This document shows positions 41,346-53,597 of a stretch of DNA of 64,000 nt, one piece after another. Each line of letters begins with the position of its first letter. Position 1 is the stretch's first letter. The stretch covers positions 16,306,001 through 16,370,000 of the forward strand of contig OZ024757.1 in NCBI GenBank assembly GCA_964016885.1, given 5' to 3'. Source of the stretch: Eledone cirrhosa. Lineage: Eukaryota. The notes under the pieces were generated by a model. That model made no database searches. It was not told where the DNA came from and saw only the letters and a program-made list of their open reading frames with translations. Both the position numbers and the translations under genes were made by a program.

Positions 41346-42986
41346 GTGTTTGCTGTGTCTGTCCTAACATCACCGTTTGGAATACTCAATTGGATGATAG
41401 ACGAAATCCGAGCAGTTGATGTTAGGACTCGAAAATACTAAACAACACCGGAAACTTCCAACAGTGTCATAGACCGCCTTTACTTGAAACGTAAACTGGG
41501 AAGCAGAGGCTTAACATCCGTCAGGACAGCATTTGAATGCCGCATTATATCCCTCCGACAACATCTACGAACCTCGAAGCGTAGGAGCCCGTCTCTCAAG
41601 CAAATTTATCTGCACGAGACAGATAAGATCATGAGAGTTGGGAAGGAACTCCTTGAAAGATATTCCCTGTGTGATAATCAAAAACTCACACCCAGGGAAG
41701 TTGTTCAGCAGTACCGCAGTGAATCAATGGATGAAAAACTGCACGCTTATCAGCAAAAATCATGCATGGATATGTTGCCAGGAAGCTCCAGAGTGAGAGT
41801 AATATAGATAAACAAAATAATCTATCTTCGACCAACAACCGCTATATAGGCTCCCACTTTGAAGGATATGCTTTTGCAATCCAAGAACAAGAAATCAACA
41901 CGAAATACCTGATTCACAAAAGAGATAGGGGTGCAGGCAAAACACCAAGATGTAACAAGTGCAGACTCTGCAGAATTAACATCGAAGATGACCCATGTCA
42001 TGAGCAGCTGTCCAAAGATGTCATCGCGGTATTATCTACCTATGAGCCATGATGTAGTGGCCAAAATACTGTACAATGCAATCCGTAGAAAATATAGCCC
42101 CGATAATAAACACATTAAAAGCTACAGCAATGTGGAAGACATACATATACATAATATGAAAGAGTACTGGTGGAATGTGCCAGTAAAAACCCCAATGAAA
42201 TGCAGGCAAAACAGACGAGATATAATTGTTTCTACTTTAGGCACAAGGCCAGCAATTACCCAGTGCATTACTGGTACTTTATTTTATCGACCTCGTAAGG
42301 ATGAAAGGCAAAGTCAACCTCGGCGGGATTTGAACTCAGCTCATAAAGGGACGTAACTATGCTGGAAAGCATGGCGTCCGACCCTCTACCGATACTGCCA
42401 ATCCACCGCCCTAAACAGACGAGATATAATGATATGGGACAAGGAAAAGAAGGCATGCACAGTAGTGAAAGTTAGCTGCCAGCAGATGCTAATATAATAT
42501 CAAAGATTAGCGAAAAGGAGAATATTTATGCAGATCTAATGAGAAATCTGCAGATACTCCACCCTGATTATACCTTCAGATTTATGCTTGTGATTATTGG
42601 GGCACTGGGGTGTGTTAGCAACTGCCTCAATACAAATCTTGAGAAGCTAGGCTTCACAAGAACAGAAAGAACACAACTACTTAGGAAATTACAAATACAA
42701 TCCATTAATGGAACAGTAAAAAATATGTAAAACATTCCGAAAATTATGCATCTAATAACTGCATATGCACATGTACAGATAGAAAGCATATGCACATGCA
42801 CACATACAACGCAAAACATACACATCCACACATACAATAACATCCATACCTGTACACACATGCATGCATGCAGACACATCTACCTAGTTAATGTGTAAAT
42901 TCCAACGAGAGAGTCTTGTATTTATGTTAGAAACCGACTCTCTCTCTCTATTGGCAAACATTTGTGAAATTTAAAACCAGAAGAAC
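41345..42986 (+). mobile_element. Second (TACA)n-associated R4/Dong-like LINE family, decayed and interrupted by a SINE
   Basis: Motifs DRLYLKRKLGSRGL, HGYVARK, FEGYAFAIQEQE, CRLC, EYWWN, and IIGALG..LQIQSINGTVK. It ends AGAAGAACATACATAC. Confidence 0.85.
42227..42411 (-). mobile_element. SINE family 1 with 18 bp TSD
   Basis: AAACAGACGAGATATAAT at 42209-42226 and 42413-42430. Confidence 0.92.
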
Positions 42987-43002
42987 ATACATACATACAT
43001 AC

Positions 43003-43566
43003 ATGGTGGCTGCCAACTCATTTTCGAGTACGGCCACTACTTTATATCCATGTAGGAGAACCTCTACCGATGCGCTGAACGAGTGTGACTTTTTAGTCCA
43101 GCCAGCGACTTGAAAACTCTGGTACAAACACTACACTTGTGACAATTACTGACACATAGTGCTGGGCCCATGGTACCATGTGACGACAAGTGCAGAGATC
43201 TCCAGATATAAAGTAATGCCTGTGCCGTGAAGCTTTTATAGTGAGCAAAGGCACTGCACAAAGCCAGTCCCACTCTCTTAACCAAGATGATATTTACCAA
43301 AAAGAAGAACAAGTCAACATCATTGGATACCATCAGGGTTGCAGGTGTTATATCAGAGTTTTCCTTCTAGAATTCTGCCTTGACAAAGGCTAAGGGGTCA
43401 TCTCTCCCGGTTATTTTGGATGGCAATTGACTCTTAAGAGCTCCTTTGCCCTTTGACAGGTTTTGTTTTTAGTCCTGCAAGATGTCCAATGTCACCCTCC
43501 TCACCAAGAAACCTTGGTGGGGTTGCCAGTTTAGTCGCCAACGACCTGACCATGAGACAGGTTGTA
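43003..43566 (-). mobile_element. Near full-length bipartite RTE-derived element
   Basis: Same sequence as the other copies; flanked by (TACA)n. Confidence 0.85.
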
Positions 43567-43632
43567 CATACATACATACATACATACATACATACATACA
43601 TACATACATACATACATACATACATACATACA

Positions 43633-43665
<33 letters not shown>

Positions 43666-44204
43666 CACACACAAATGTAATATATAGTATAGAGGTATTA
43701 ACCGAATACATACATACACGTCTACCCTTAACGTATTTCTGAGGGAGATTCAGCAGAAGAGTCCATCCGACAGGATTCCAGACGATTTTACTCTCAAAAT
43801 ATTGGTTGACCCAAGACTAGTAAATGACACTTGCCTATGATGTCATGTTTTGGGATAGAACCTGGAACCTATTGAGTGCGAAGCGAACTCTTTAACCATT
43901 CAGTCATGCCGTGTCCATAAAAAGCGAAGTTATAAACCACTAATGAACGTATAATGGTCTCTACTTCATAGCCAAGTAATCGCAGCCAACTATGGTTTGC
44001 AGCAAAAACGAAAAGAAAAAAATGTTTTAACTACATAATCGCAATCTCTATATCTTTCAAAACATATCTCCGTGAAAATTCATAAAAAATATATGTATTG
44101 TTGTGAAGGTTAGGACAAACAATATCGGGGGCGGAAATCTATGTAGCTATGCCAACAATATTACGTAAGACAACTAGCTATCGATAAATCTTTATCTATC
44201 TATC

Positions 44205-44269
<65 letters not shown>

Positions 44270-44485
44270 CTGGGATGGACACACGCGTATAACTTGCTGA
44301 GTAAGTTCTGTTTAAATTTCTATAGAAATTCTTGTCTGATAACTTTAATTTTTGTACCATTTTGTAGAGGGACTGCCAGGTCAAACTTTGATCTGGTCAG
44401 TCTCTCAAAATATTCTACGCCTTTAGGCGAAATAGTTAAACAAAAAAAAAAGTTTTTTCTTGTTGAAAAGTCAATATTTTTTTAA

Positions 44486-46264
44486 ATGGCCGAAGCTTCT
44501 TCACCAAAATTCGAAGGAGGAAAGGGGAAGATGAACTTACAGCTTCCCCCTGCCACTGTCACAGTAGCAGAGGTCAAGAAGAAAGGTCAGCCAGAGGAAG
44601 AATTCTCTCCACCTGTTAACCGACAACTTGACGTTGCCATGGTAACAACTCAAAGAACCAGCGGCAACAGCAACAACAACAATGCGACGGACGAAAACAA
44701 CACCAATAACAATAACAACAACAAGACCAATAACGGTGACAACAACAACAATGATAACAACAACACCACCAACGACAACAACAACACAAACAAACAAAAT
44801 TTCTCCTTCGCCGAGACGACAAGGAAAACCCTCGACTATCTGCCAGTAGATATAACAAAAGCGAAGGAGCTACTGGCGGATGCGAAAAAATATATAGTGT
44901 ACGGGGAAAATGGTTCATTCACAATCCATTCCCCCCCGGAACTAAAAAGCCAGAGACTCCTAAACACGGTCATGTTTAGGACAATCTCGAACAAAAGTAA
45001 AAAACCAGCTCAACCATCACAGAGCGAGATAGAGCTGGTTTTAAAAGACGTCATGAAGGACATCACCTTCATTCAGAAGGATAGACTCTACGGGAGTCTA
45101 TCCATTCTCATGAAGGACAGGGACACAGCAGTGAAACTGTCCATCAAACCAATCACATCCACCGCATACACCTTCTACCCTACGTACATGGGTAGAAGAA
45201 CACAAAAAATAAAAATCCACACCATCCTGCCGATTATGGACATATGGTGGGTTTTGACAGGTTTTCTGGACCTGGAGGATGACATGCTGGTGTCCATGGG
45301 AAAGGCATCGGGTGACGCGTTCAGTGGAACGAGCCTCGAACTTGTAGTTCAAATGAGGCCCGAAAGGATCGCCCAGATCCCTGAACGCGTCATACTGGAT
45401 GATCTAACCTTCATCAACATTACCGTTGAGGGTAGACGGCCCTCGTGTTACCTCTGCGGAACCAGAGGTCACCTGAGGGCTGTCTGTCCCCAACTTAATA
45501 AGAAAACCCCAATCCTGCCTACACCACCAACAGCTGCACAACCAACACAATCACCACAACTACCACTACAAAAACAACCACCACAGCTCAAACCAAAACA
45601 AAACAATGTCCAACCCATCCCCTCCACTCAAAAAACAAAAACAATTTCCAAAACACCCGTACCGCAAACACAACCCGAAAATATACCCCTCCCCTCCAAC
45701 GCGGAAGATGACCCTAGTTCGTCGTCAGACGAGGAGGAGCACTTCCACACAATCAAAAGAAAAAAAAGAAAACACACCTCAGACACACAAATGAAAAAAA
45801 ACCCTCCCCAAAACATAACACTGACACCAACACAAAAGAGCTCACAACAGCAAACAAAAAACACCACACAAAAACAAAAACATGCATACACATACATAAA
45901 TACAAGAAACAAAAAACTGTTAAACATTGTGTACAACAACAATCTAATAAAAACACAAGGGCCTAACTTCACCCAGGCAGGGGATTTCCCCCACCTCAAA
46001 ATGATTAAGGCCCCACAGGACACCTATAAAACTTTAAAAAACAATTTTAAAGAGGACGTGGGTCCCCCCTGCGTCGGGCCCATTAACCGCGTCCTCCTAA
46101 AAAACTATCCCACCCCCTCCCCAAACACCCACACAACTCCAAGCTCCCCAACCACACAACACACTGATGCCCCCACACTTCCACAAACCACCACCCCACC
46201 CAACAACCCATCCCCCACCCTAATGGAAATTGTGCAGCCCGATACCCGGGACGCAGAGAGGTAA
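44486..46264 (+). CDS. Tx1-type ORF1 (gag-like nucleic-acid binding protein with CCHC zinc knuckle)
   Basis: 592-aa open frame with CYLCGTRGHLRAVC (CX2CX4HX4C), Asn-rich and Pro/Thr/Gln-rich low-complexity regions, and a basic KRKKRK. Confidence 0.88.
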   Translation: MAEASSPKFEGGKGKMNLQLPPATVTVAEVKKKGQPEEEFSPPVNRQLDVAMVTTQRTSGNSNNNNATDENNTNNNNNNKTNNGDNNNNDNNNTTNDNNNTNKQNFSFAETTRKTLDYLPVDITKAKELLADAKKYIVYGENGSFTIHSPPELKSQRLLNTVMFRTISNKSKKPAQPSQSEIELVLKDVMKDITFIQKDRLYGSLSILMKDRDTAVKLSIKPITSTAYTFYPTYMGRRTQKIKIHTILPIMDIWWVLTGFLDLEDDMLVSMGKASGDAFSGTSLELVVQMRPERIAQIPERVILDDLTFINITVEGRRPSCYLCGTRGHLRAVCPQLNKKTPILPTPPTAAQPTQSPQLPLQKQPPQLKPKQNNVQPIPSTQKTKTISKTPVPQTQPENIPLPSNAEDDPSSSSDEEEHFHTIKRKKRKHTSDTQMKKNPPQNITLTPTQKSSQQQTKNTTQKQKHAYTYINTRNKKLLNIVYNNNLIKTQGPNFTQAGDFPHLKMIKAPQDTYKTLKNNFKEDVGPPCVGPINRVLLKNYPTPSPNTHTTPSSPTTQHTDAPTLPQTTTPPNNPSPTLMEIVQPDTRDAER

Positions 46265-46288
46265 GTGCCTTTTCTCTTCACCACCAAC

Positions 46289-49200
46289 ATGGCTATGCTA
46301 AGAGTAGGCTGTTTAAACGCGCGTGGCCTGGGCTCAACTTGGAAGCAAGCAATGCTTCTAAATGACCTCAGGTCACAACGTATAGATGTGATGGTTATTT
46401 GCGAGGCCCGGATCAGCAACGTGCGACAGCTGGCCCCCACCTTTGATGACTTTGAGATGCACGCATCTCTCTGTCAGCCCGGAGGTGGGGGTGGAGTTGT
46501 CGTTCTGCTGCAAAAACATCTGGGTCTCGCAACACAGATGGTACATTTGGACCCGGAGGGTCGACTAGTGGTTCTGGACCTTGGCAGTGGTAAAGGCGGA
46601 GCGTTTAGGTTGGTAGCCGCCTACGGCCCTTTCGGGTCAATGCGGCCGGACTTCTTCCATCGTCTGGAGACTTTTCTAGGGACGTCCCGCTCCTTGCTAT
46701 TAGTGGGGGACTGGAATGGTATCCTAGATGCACGCTGGGACTACGTAGGGGCCTGCCCCGATAGAGAGGGGTGTAATAGCCTCAAAGGGTTAATCGGTCG
46801 ATTTGACCTGGCCGATAGATATCGACTAGATTTTCCGACTGCGCCAACCTGGACTTGGGCAAATCGTAGCGGATCATCTAGGTCGTACCTAGATAGGTTC
46901 TTAGTTAGAATTAAGGATAAGGACTTTTTAAGTTGTCCAAAAATGCGCATTGTTGGCTATTCAGACCACAAATTAGTGACCTGCATGGTCAACCTTGACA
47001 GAACTCATAGACAGGGCCCCGGTTACTGGAAGCTCAACTTGTCCTTGCCGGCAAGTAGAGCCTACAGGAATCGGATTAGTACGTTAGTTAAGGAACGGTT
47101 GACTGGAGCGATCGTCAACAGCAGGTGGTGGGTATCTCTAAAGAGAGAGATTAGAGTAGTCTCGATAGAATTTAGTAAGGTTCTAGCTGCGGATAGGAAT
47201 AGGAAGGAAAGGGAGCTAATAGATAGAGTAGAAGAGGCAATTAGAAGCGGCGACGTGGCCAGAGTGCTAGCGTCGAGAACGGCTTTGAGCCAGTTTTTCG
47301 ACGCGAAGCACGAAGGCTGCGTTGTCCGAAGTAAAATACGTGCTCTAGGGAACGAGGGGACCAAAGCTGTTAGCTGGGCCCGCGTGACAGAGGCCAACAG
47401 TGGAACTAAATCCACCATCCGGTCTTTGCGAGACCTGGATGGACGGGCGATTCTTGAGCCTAAGCAGATGTGTGAGGCCTTTCAAAGGCACTTTGCCCGA
47501 CTGTTCGGGAGGGGCGGGGAGCCGGTTGGGAACGTGGACTTCGGTCCATACCTCGACGGCCTGCCGCGCCTCTCGGACAGGGAGGCGAAGTCCTGCGAAG
47601 AGCCGATTTCGGCCGCTGAGATAGAGGACGTGCTGAGCCAATGCGGCAAACGCAAATCCCCGGGTCTCGATGGTCTTCCTTACGAATTATATCTAGCTAT
47701 GCCGGACTTGTTCCCCGATCTCCTCGAGGCGGTCTACTGCAACTGGCAACAGAACGGGAGAATTCCCTGTACTGTGACCAAGGGCGTAGTCACGCTAGTG
47801 AGGAAGGACGAGAACAAGGGGGACGAAATAAGTAACTTCAGGCCCATAACACTGCTAAATACAGAGTTACAGATTTTGGCCAAGGTGCTAGCAAAGAGGT
47901 TGGCGCTTGTCGTGGGCAACCTGGTGGGAGATGCGCAGACATGCGCTATCCCGTCCAGGTCCATCCATGACAACCTCCACCTCATGCGATACATCATAGA
48001 GAGGGTTGGGAACGAACCCGGCTTTGGTGGGGCTCTGATCAACTTGGATCAATCTAAGGCGTTCGATAGGGTCGACCATGGTTACCTGGATGCGGTGCTA
48101 GCGGCGGCAGGCTTCGGACCCGTTTTCAGGGGCTGGATCACTGCTATGCACAGCAGCCGCATCTGCTCTAGGGTCAAGGTGAACGGCTACCTCTCGGAGC
48201 CGTTCAAAATCGCGCGGTCCATCCGACAAGGGTGCCCTCTCTCCTCCCTTCTGTATGTGTTGACTCTCGAGCCACTACTGCGGAAGTTGGAGTTGTTGCA
48301 GGGCATCCCTTTGGAACCGGGATTGCGGAAAGCGGTGTCGGCCTACGCCGATGACGTGACAGTAATGGTGTCGACGGCCTCCGAAATCGAGGCGGTCGGC
48401 ACCTTACTGGAGGAGTACGAAAAGTTCACAGGGGCTAAGCTGAACCGGGACAAGTCGATCGGTTTGCAACTCGGCACGTGGAGGGGCAGACCGATGCCCT
48501 CCGATAGCGTCGTCGGACGCTGGACGGAGGGCCCGGTGAAGTTGCTCGGGGTCTGGTTCGGACCGGACCTCCAGGTGGAGAAAAACTGGGCGGAGGTTAC
48601 GAACAGGGTGTTTGCACTGACCCAGAAGTGGGCCAGTTGCAAACTATCCCTGAAAGGCCGGGCGGAGGTGGCGAACACCTACATAGCGTCCGTCATCTAC
48701 TACCGCCTGACCGTAGTGCCCTGCCCAAGGGAAACCCTCACCAAGATGGAGCGCGCGCTCTTCCAATTCCTTTGGAAGAGGCGGGCTCCTATGGTGAGGA
48801 GATCCATCTGCTGTCAACACCCTTCGAAAGGAGGGCTGGGGATGCCGTGGCTAATGATGCGTAAACACGCATTAAGGCTACGGCACCTCTACGTATTCCT
48901 CACCGGACAACCGGTGTGGGCCTCGTTTGTGAGACGAACCTTTCCCAGACTCGTCTCACTCACCGAGCTGCAATCCTGGGTCAAGCAAAGACCGAGAAAA
49001 CTGGGCGCCTGGCACACTGAGTGTGCCCAGGCGCTCACCGCCCTCTGGCAGGCGGATCCGGTTATCAGTGGAGACTCCACCGCAACATTCTATAGAGGGC
49101 TAGTACGCAGCAGGTGCGACGACGCCCTCGGAGAAGCCCTAGACATGGAGGAGGACGAACTGGCCAGCCTGTTCGGTAGGACATTCAGCCCGGGACCTAT

Positions 49201-49726
49201 GGACAACTTCCAGAAGTCCCTGGCCTGGCAGTGCTACCGAGGGGCTTTACCCGTTCGAGAAAGGCTCTACAGACACGGGCGCCCGGGTAGGGACCCCGCC
49301 AAAAAGATCTGTCCCAGATGCGTGTGCGACGAGGAAACCGTTGCACACGCATTAGTACACTGCTCGGGCGTAGCCGATCTGTGGGGCTATGTCGAACAAC
49401 TGCTGTCAAGGGTGGGACCGATCCGGTTGACCACCGAGTCTATTGTAATGATCAAGCCGCCTCCCCCCTTCAAAGATGAAGCAGAGGCGGTGTTTCTGTG
49501 CGTAATAGCCATGGCGAAAGAGGTTGTATGGTGGACGCGTCTGAAAGGACTGAGGTCGGGCACCTTTCTCTCTGGCCAACAACTGGTCCGTTTCTTCCGA
49601 TATCATTTCGGAAGAAGGATCAGGATGGAGAGAGAGGTGCTGCACCCCAGCCGTTTCTATGAAAGATGGGTGAAAGTGGCGAGAATGGCCCGTGTGAATG
49701 GGCCTTCACTCTACATCAGACTATAG
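46289..49726 (+). CDS. Tx1/L1-type ORF2: APE endonuclease, reverse transcriptase and C-terminal CCHC
   Basis: APE motifs LNARGL, VGDWNG, YLDRF and SDH. RT motifs KSPGLDGLP, FRPITLLN, LDQSKAFDRV, RQGCPLS and AYADD. C-terminal CPRC..ETVAHALVHC. First ATG at 46289. Confidence 0.95.
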   Translation: MAMLRVGCLNARGLGSTWKQAMLLNDLRSQRIDVMVICEARISNVRQLAPTFDDFEMHASLCQPGGGGGVVVLLQKHLGLATQMVHLDPEGRLVVLDLGSGKGGAFRLVAAYGPFGSMRPDFFHRLETFLGTSRSLLLVGDWNGILDARWDYVGACPDREGCNSLKGLIGRFDLADRYRLDFPTAPTWTWANRSGSSRSYLDRFLVRIKDKDFLSCPKMRIVGYSDHKLVTCMVNLDRTHRQGPGYWKLNLSLPASRAYRNRISTLVKERLTGAIVNSRWWVSLKREIRVVSIEFSKVLAADRNRKERELIDRVEEAIRSGDVARVLASRTALSQFFDAKHEGCVVRSKIRALGNEGTKAVSWARVTEANSGTKSTIRSLRDLDGRAILEPKQMCEAFQRHFARLFGRGGEPVGNVDFGPYLDGLPRLSDREAKSCEEPISAAEIEDVLSQCGKRKSPGLDGLPYELYLAMPDLFPDLLEAVYCNWQQNGRIPCTVTKGVVTLVRKDENKGDEISNFRPITLLNTELQILAKVLAKRLALVVGNLVGDAQTCAIPSRSIHDNLHLMRYIIERVGNEPGFGGALINLDQSKAFDRVDHGYLDAVLAAAGFGPVFRGWITAMHSSRICSRVKVNGYLSEPFKIARSIRQGCPLSSLLYVLTLEPLLRKLELLQGIPLEPGLRKAVSAYADDVTVMVSTASEIEAVGTLLEEYEKFTGAKLNRDKSIGLQLGTWRGRPMPSDSVVGRWTEGPVKLLGVWFGPDLQVEKNWAEVTNRVFALTQKWASCKLSLKGRAEVANTYIASVIYYRLTVVPCPRETLTKMERALFQFLWKRRAPMVRRSICCQHPSKGGLGMPWLMMRKHALRLRHLYVFLTGQPVWASFVRRTFPRLVSLTELQSWVKQRPRKLGAWHTECAQALTALWQADPVISGDSTATFYRGLVRSRCDDALGEALDMEEDELASLFGRTFSPGPMDNFQKSLAWQCYRGALPVRERLYRHGRPGRDPAKKICPRCVCDEETVAHALVHCSGVADLWGYVEQLLSRVGPIRLTTESIVMIKPPPPFKDEAEAVFLCVIAMAKEVVWWTRLKGLRSGTFLSGQQLVRFFRYHFGRRIRMEREVLHPSRFYERWVKVARMARVNGPSLYIRL

Positions 49727-49990
49727 GTGAGGAAGATGAAAGACCAAGGGAGCACCCCTTCTCTGTGCTCCTGAGGAGAAGGGTTGCACACTTTTTTCGG
49801 GGGTGTGTGCGACCCCCCAAGGCGCCTCCTCTCTATTGAGGATTTTGTTAAAAATTTTATTTTTTGTTATATCTTATTTTATTTTTATATTTTGTTATTG
49901 CCTCCTCCTTATTGAGGACGCCTTTTTGTGTAAACTCCCCCCTTTGTACTTGTCCCACTTTTGATGCCCTAGTGGCAAATAAAAGAAATA

Positions 49991-50048
<58 letters not shown>

Positions 50049-50128
50049 GCTAGCTAGCTATCTTGCTACCTATTTATTTATTTGTCTGTCTCTCTTTCTA
50101 TCTGCCTATCTATCTATTTTTTACACGA

Positions 50129-50378
50129 CTGTATGTAAAATCCCCGGCATGTCTTTGTATTGTCCCCTTTTCTTGTGCGCCCTTGTGGCTAATAAAGAAA
50201 TCTATCTATCTATCTATTTGTCTGTCTGTATGTATGTATGGATGTATGTCTTTCTATCTCTTTATCTACCTACCTGTCTATCTGTTATTGCCTCCTCCTT
50301 ATTGAGGACGCCTTTTTGTGTAAACTCCCCCCTTTGTATTTGTCCCACTTTTGATGCCCTGGTGGCAAATAAAAGAAA
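50129..50378 (+). mobile_element. Two very short Tx1 3'-end insertions in the same (TCTA)n tract
   Basis: 50283-50378 duplicates 49893-49989. 50129-50200 is a diverged 3' end (GCCCTTGTGGCTAATAAAGAAA|TCTATCTA). Confidence 0.75.
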
Positions 50379-50511
50379 CATATCTATATATTAGTCTATC
50401 TATCTATCAATATATCCACCTATATATATCTATCTATCTGTCTGTGTGTTTCTCTGCCTGTCCATCTCTTAATCCATCTGACTATCTTATCTATCCACCT
50501 ATCTCTGGCTG

Positions 50512-50555
<44 letters not shown>

Positions 50556-51434
50556 AATATATAAATATATATAAAACTGTCTGTCTGTCTGTCTATCTCA
50601 ATGTTGGTCTCTCTCTTTCTTTGTTTGCCTCTTTCTATCTGTCAGTCTTCGTGTATGTGCGTTTGGTTTGTATGTGCGTGCGTCTGTGTATGTGTGTGTG
50701 TGTGTATGCGTATGCGTGTATGCGTGTGTGTCAGTGCGTGCTTTATTAAACATATTACACTTTCATGTGGATTGGCAGATAGATCACCTTAACAACATTA
50801 CAAAGCCCATTCGTTACCTTGACAACGAGCGTGTGTAAGACGAGGCTTTTGCCGATGTTTCATCCAAAATGTGGAATGGCAACGAAGTTAACTGTCTGCT
50901 GCATAATTAGTGAAAAATGGCGGCAAAAATGACAAATAGTGAAAGACGTTTAGTTGGAGTGTAGTGTTTACATTAGTTTCTTGATAAAAGTGACGTTGAT
51001 GTAATAGCAGGCGCAGCAATGGATGATTGCTTTGGTTAAGAACTTCACTTTCTAACTAAGTAATATTGGATTATAATGGGTCCTGATTGAGGGGAAAAGG
51101 ACGACAATTTTAGGCGGTGGGTGGCGGGCGGTGGTTCGAGATGAAGTCGGTTAAATCGTAATCTGGTTAAGGTGATCTATCTGCCAATCCACATGAAAGT
51201 GTAAGTCGATTAAAGGGACGTAACTCGATGCCGAAAAGTATGTTGTCCCGACTCTCTGCCGATACTGCCAATCTACCACTCTGCTACTACTACTACTACT
51301 AATAATAATAATAATAACAATAATAATGCTTTCTTTATTAACCAGAAGGGTTTACACAAAGTAGACATTAAGGACAGTACAGGACAATACAGGACGGTAC
51401 AAAATAACAATAATAATAATAATAAAAATAATAA

Positions 51435-52046
51435 TTGTTTCTACTTTTGGCACAAGGCCACACATTACCCCAGTGCATTACTGTTACTTTATTTTATCAA
51501 CCCCGTAAGGATGAAAGGCAAAGTTAACCTCGGCGGGATTTGAACTCGGAACGTAAAGGGCCGTAACTCTACACTGCAAAGCATGGCGTCTGACCCTCTA
51601 CCGACTAATAATAATAATAATAATGATTTCTAGTATAGGCACAAGGCCAGTAATTTAGGGGGAGGGTAAAGTCGATTAAATCGACCCCAGTGTGTGACTG
51701 GTACTTTATTTTATCGACCCCGTAAAGATGAAAGGCAAAGTTAACCTCGGCGGGATTTGAACTCATAACATAAAGGGCCGTAACTCTATGCTACAAAGCA
51801 TGGTGTCTGACACTCTACCGGTACTGCCAATCCAATAATGATTTCTGCTTCAGGCACAAGACCAGCAATTTTGTAAGGAGGGGAAAGTCGATTAAATCGA
51901 CCCAGTACGTTACTGGTACTTTATTTTACCGACTCTGTAAGGGTGAACTGCAAAGCTACCCTCGGCGGGATGTGAACTCAGAACGTAAAATGCCGTAACT
52001 CTATGCCAAAAATCATGTTGTCCGATGCCCTACTGATACTGCCAAT
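51435..52046 (-). mobile_element. Three tandem SINE family 1 copies in (TAA)n
   Basis: Three consensus matches separated by TAA repeats. Confidence 0.85.
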
Positions 52047-52714
52047 ATAATTCATCTTGTATTATATTGCACTAAAATACAACATGAACTGTGTCATACC
52101 AGATCTCCCTGAGGACTACGTTAAGGCTACACGTGACAGTGGAATGCTCAGTCACTTGCATCTTAATGCCAGATGGACTGTGTCACTGATTCAAAGAGAC
52201 AGATTTGTCACATTATTTCATGCTGAATCTCCTTGAGAATTACGTTAAGAGTACACGTTTCTGTGTCTGTTATTCAAAGAGCATTGTATCATGTTGAATC
52301 TCCCTGAGAAATAACTACGTTAAGGATACACGTGTCTGTAAAATGCTCAGCCACATACACGTTAATTTCACAAGCAGGCTGTTGCGTTGTTCGAACAACT
52401 GGAAACACTCGTCGTCTAGACCGACGGAGGTCCCACAATGTGTTGTCGAGTAATGAAAAGCTTTGCTCTTTCATCCGTGTTATTCCGTAATCTCGAGATT
52501 CTCGTTCGATAATAACGTTTAGGAACTATAAGACACAATGATGAAAATGCTCTGTAGAATGGACTATTTCTAGAGAATATATTAAAATATTCATCGGTAT
52601 ATAAGTATAAATGTGTGTATATATGTATGTATGCATGCATGTATGTATATATGTGTATATATATGTGTGTGTGTGTGTGTTTGTTAGGTGTATATATATG
52701 TATATGTATATATG

Positions 52715-52764
<50 letters not shown>

Positions 52765-53025
52765 TGTATATATGTATATATATATAAATATATATATACA
52801 TATTATATATATATATATTTATATATGTATATATATATATATATATATACACCACACAGTTTTATTAAGTATAACCAAATCTTTGGGCTAAGAGGGTACT
52901 CTAATTTGTTTATTTACTGCTATTTTGGTAAACTTATTCTGGAATGTTGTAGAAAACTTAATTCTACTGAATATCCGTTATAAATCTTCATTTGAAAATG
53001 ATGGAAGAGTTTATTTTTTTTTTAA

Positions 53026-53065
<40 letters not shown>

Positions 53066-53075
53066 GTAAAAAGTA

Positions 53076-53109
<34 letters not shown>

Positions 53110-53122
53110 TTACAGAGCTAAT

Positions 53123-53263
53123 TTATGTAATAAACAACATAAGATTTCATTTACCAGTGGTTTCTTGAAAGCAAATAAATCTGCTTTCAGTCGTCAAAGC
53201 AGATTTATTTGCTTTCAAGAAACCACTGGTAAATGAAATAATCATCTTATGTTGTTTATTACA
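53123..53263. mobile_element. Fold-back family A copy with its inversion centre in the hammerhead core
   Basis: CATTTACCAGTGGTTTCTTGAAAGC..GCTTTCAGTCGTCA|AAGCAG..GCTTTCAAGAAACCACTGGTAAATG. Confidence 0.8.
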
Positions 53264-53531
53264 CATATATATATATATATATATATATAACGAAGGAAAT
53301 GTGGTACGGCACCAGATGGACCATAACGCACCAAAGTACTCAATACTTAGGGTAGTAGAGTGGGTAATAGGAACGAGTAGGACCCCGACGGCTGAGCTCA
53401 AGCCGTTTCGACGGAATTAGCCGTCGAAACGGCTTGAGCTCAGCCGTCAGGGTCCTACTCGTTCCTATATATATATATATATATATGTACAATATATTAA
53501 TAAATGGAAACTATATTTATAAAACAATATT

Positions 53532-53597
53532 TATTTTATTATATATATTTCAAGGGCAACCAAGGCAAATTATGGTGCGCTTTCATCAGATAAAATA
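53532..53597 (-). ncRNA. Type I hammerhead ribozyme (family E), intact core
   Basis: Minus strand reads UAUUUUAU CUGAUGA AAGCGCACCAUAAUUUGCCUUGGUUGCCCUU GAAA UAUAUA UA^ AUAAAAUA. Confidence 0.78.

Larger units (their letters stand above)
44270..49989 (+). mobile_element. Full-length Tx1/L1-clade non-LTR retrotransposon in a (TCTA)n microsatellite
   Basis: Two intact ORFs, a 5' UTR of about 215 bp, and a 3' UTR with AATAAA at about 49978. (TCTA)n is immediately upstream (44193-44269) and downstream (49990-50047). Confidence 0.93.

Noticed and set aside
44537-49645. Antisense and alternative-frame ORFs over the Tx1 element
   Set aside because: They are short shadows of the real ORFs with no motifs.
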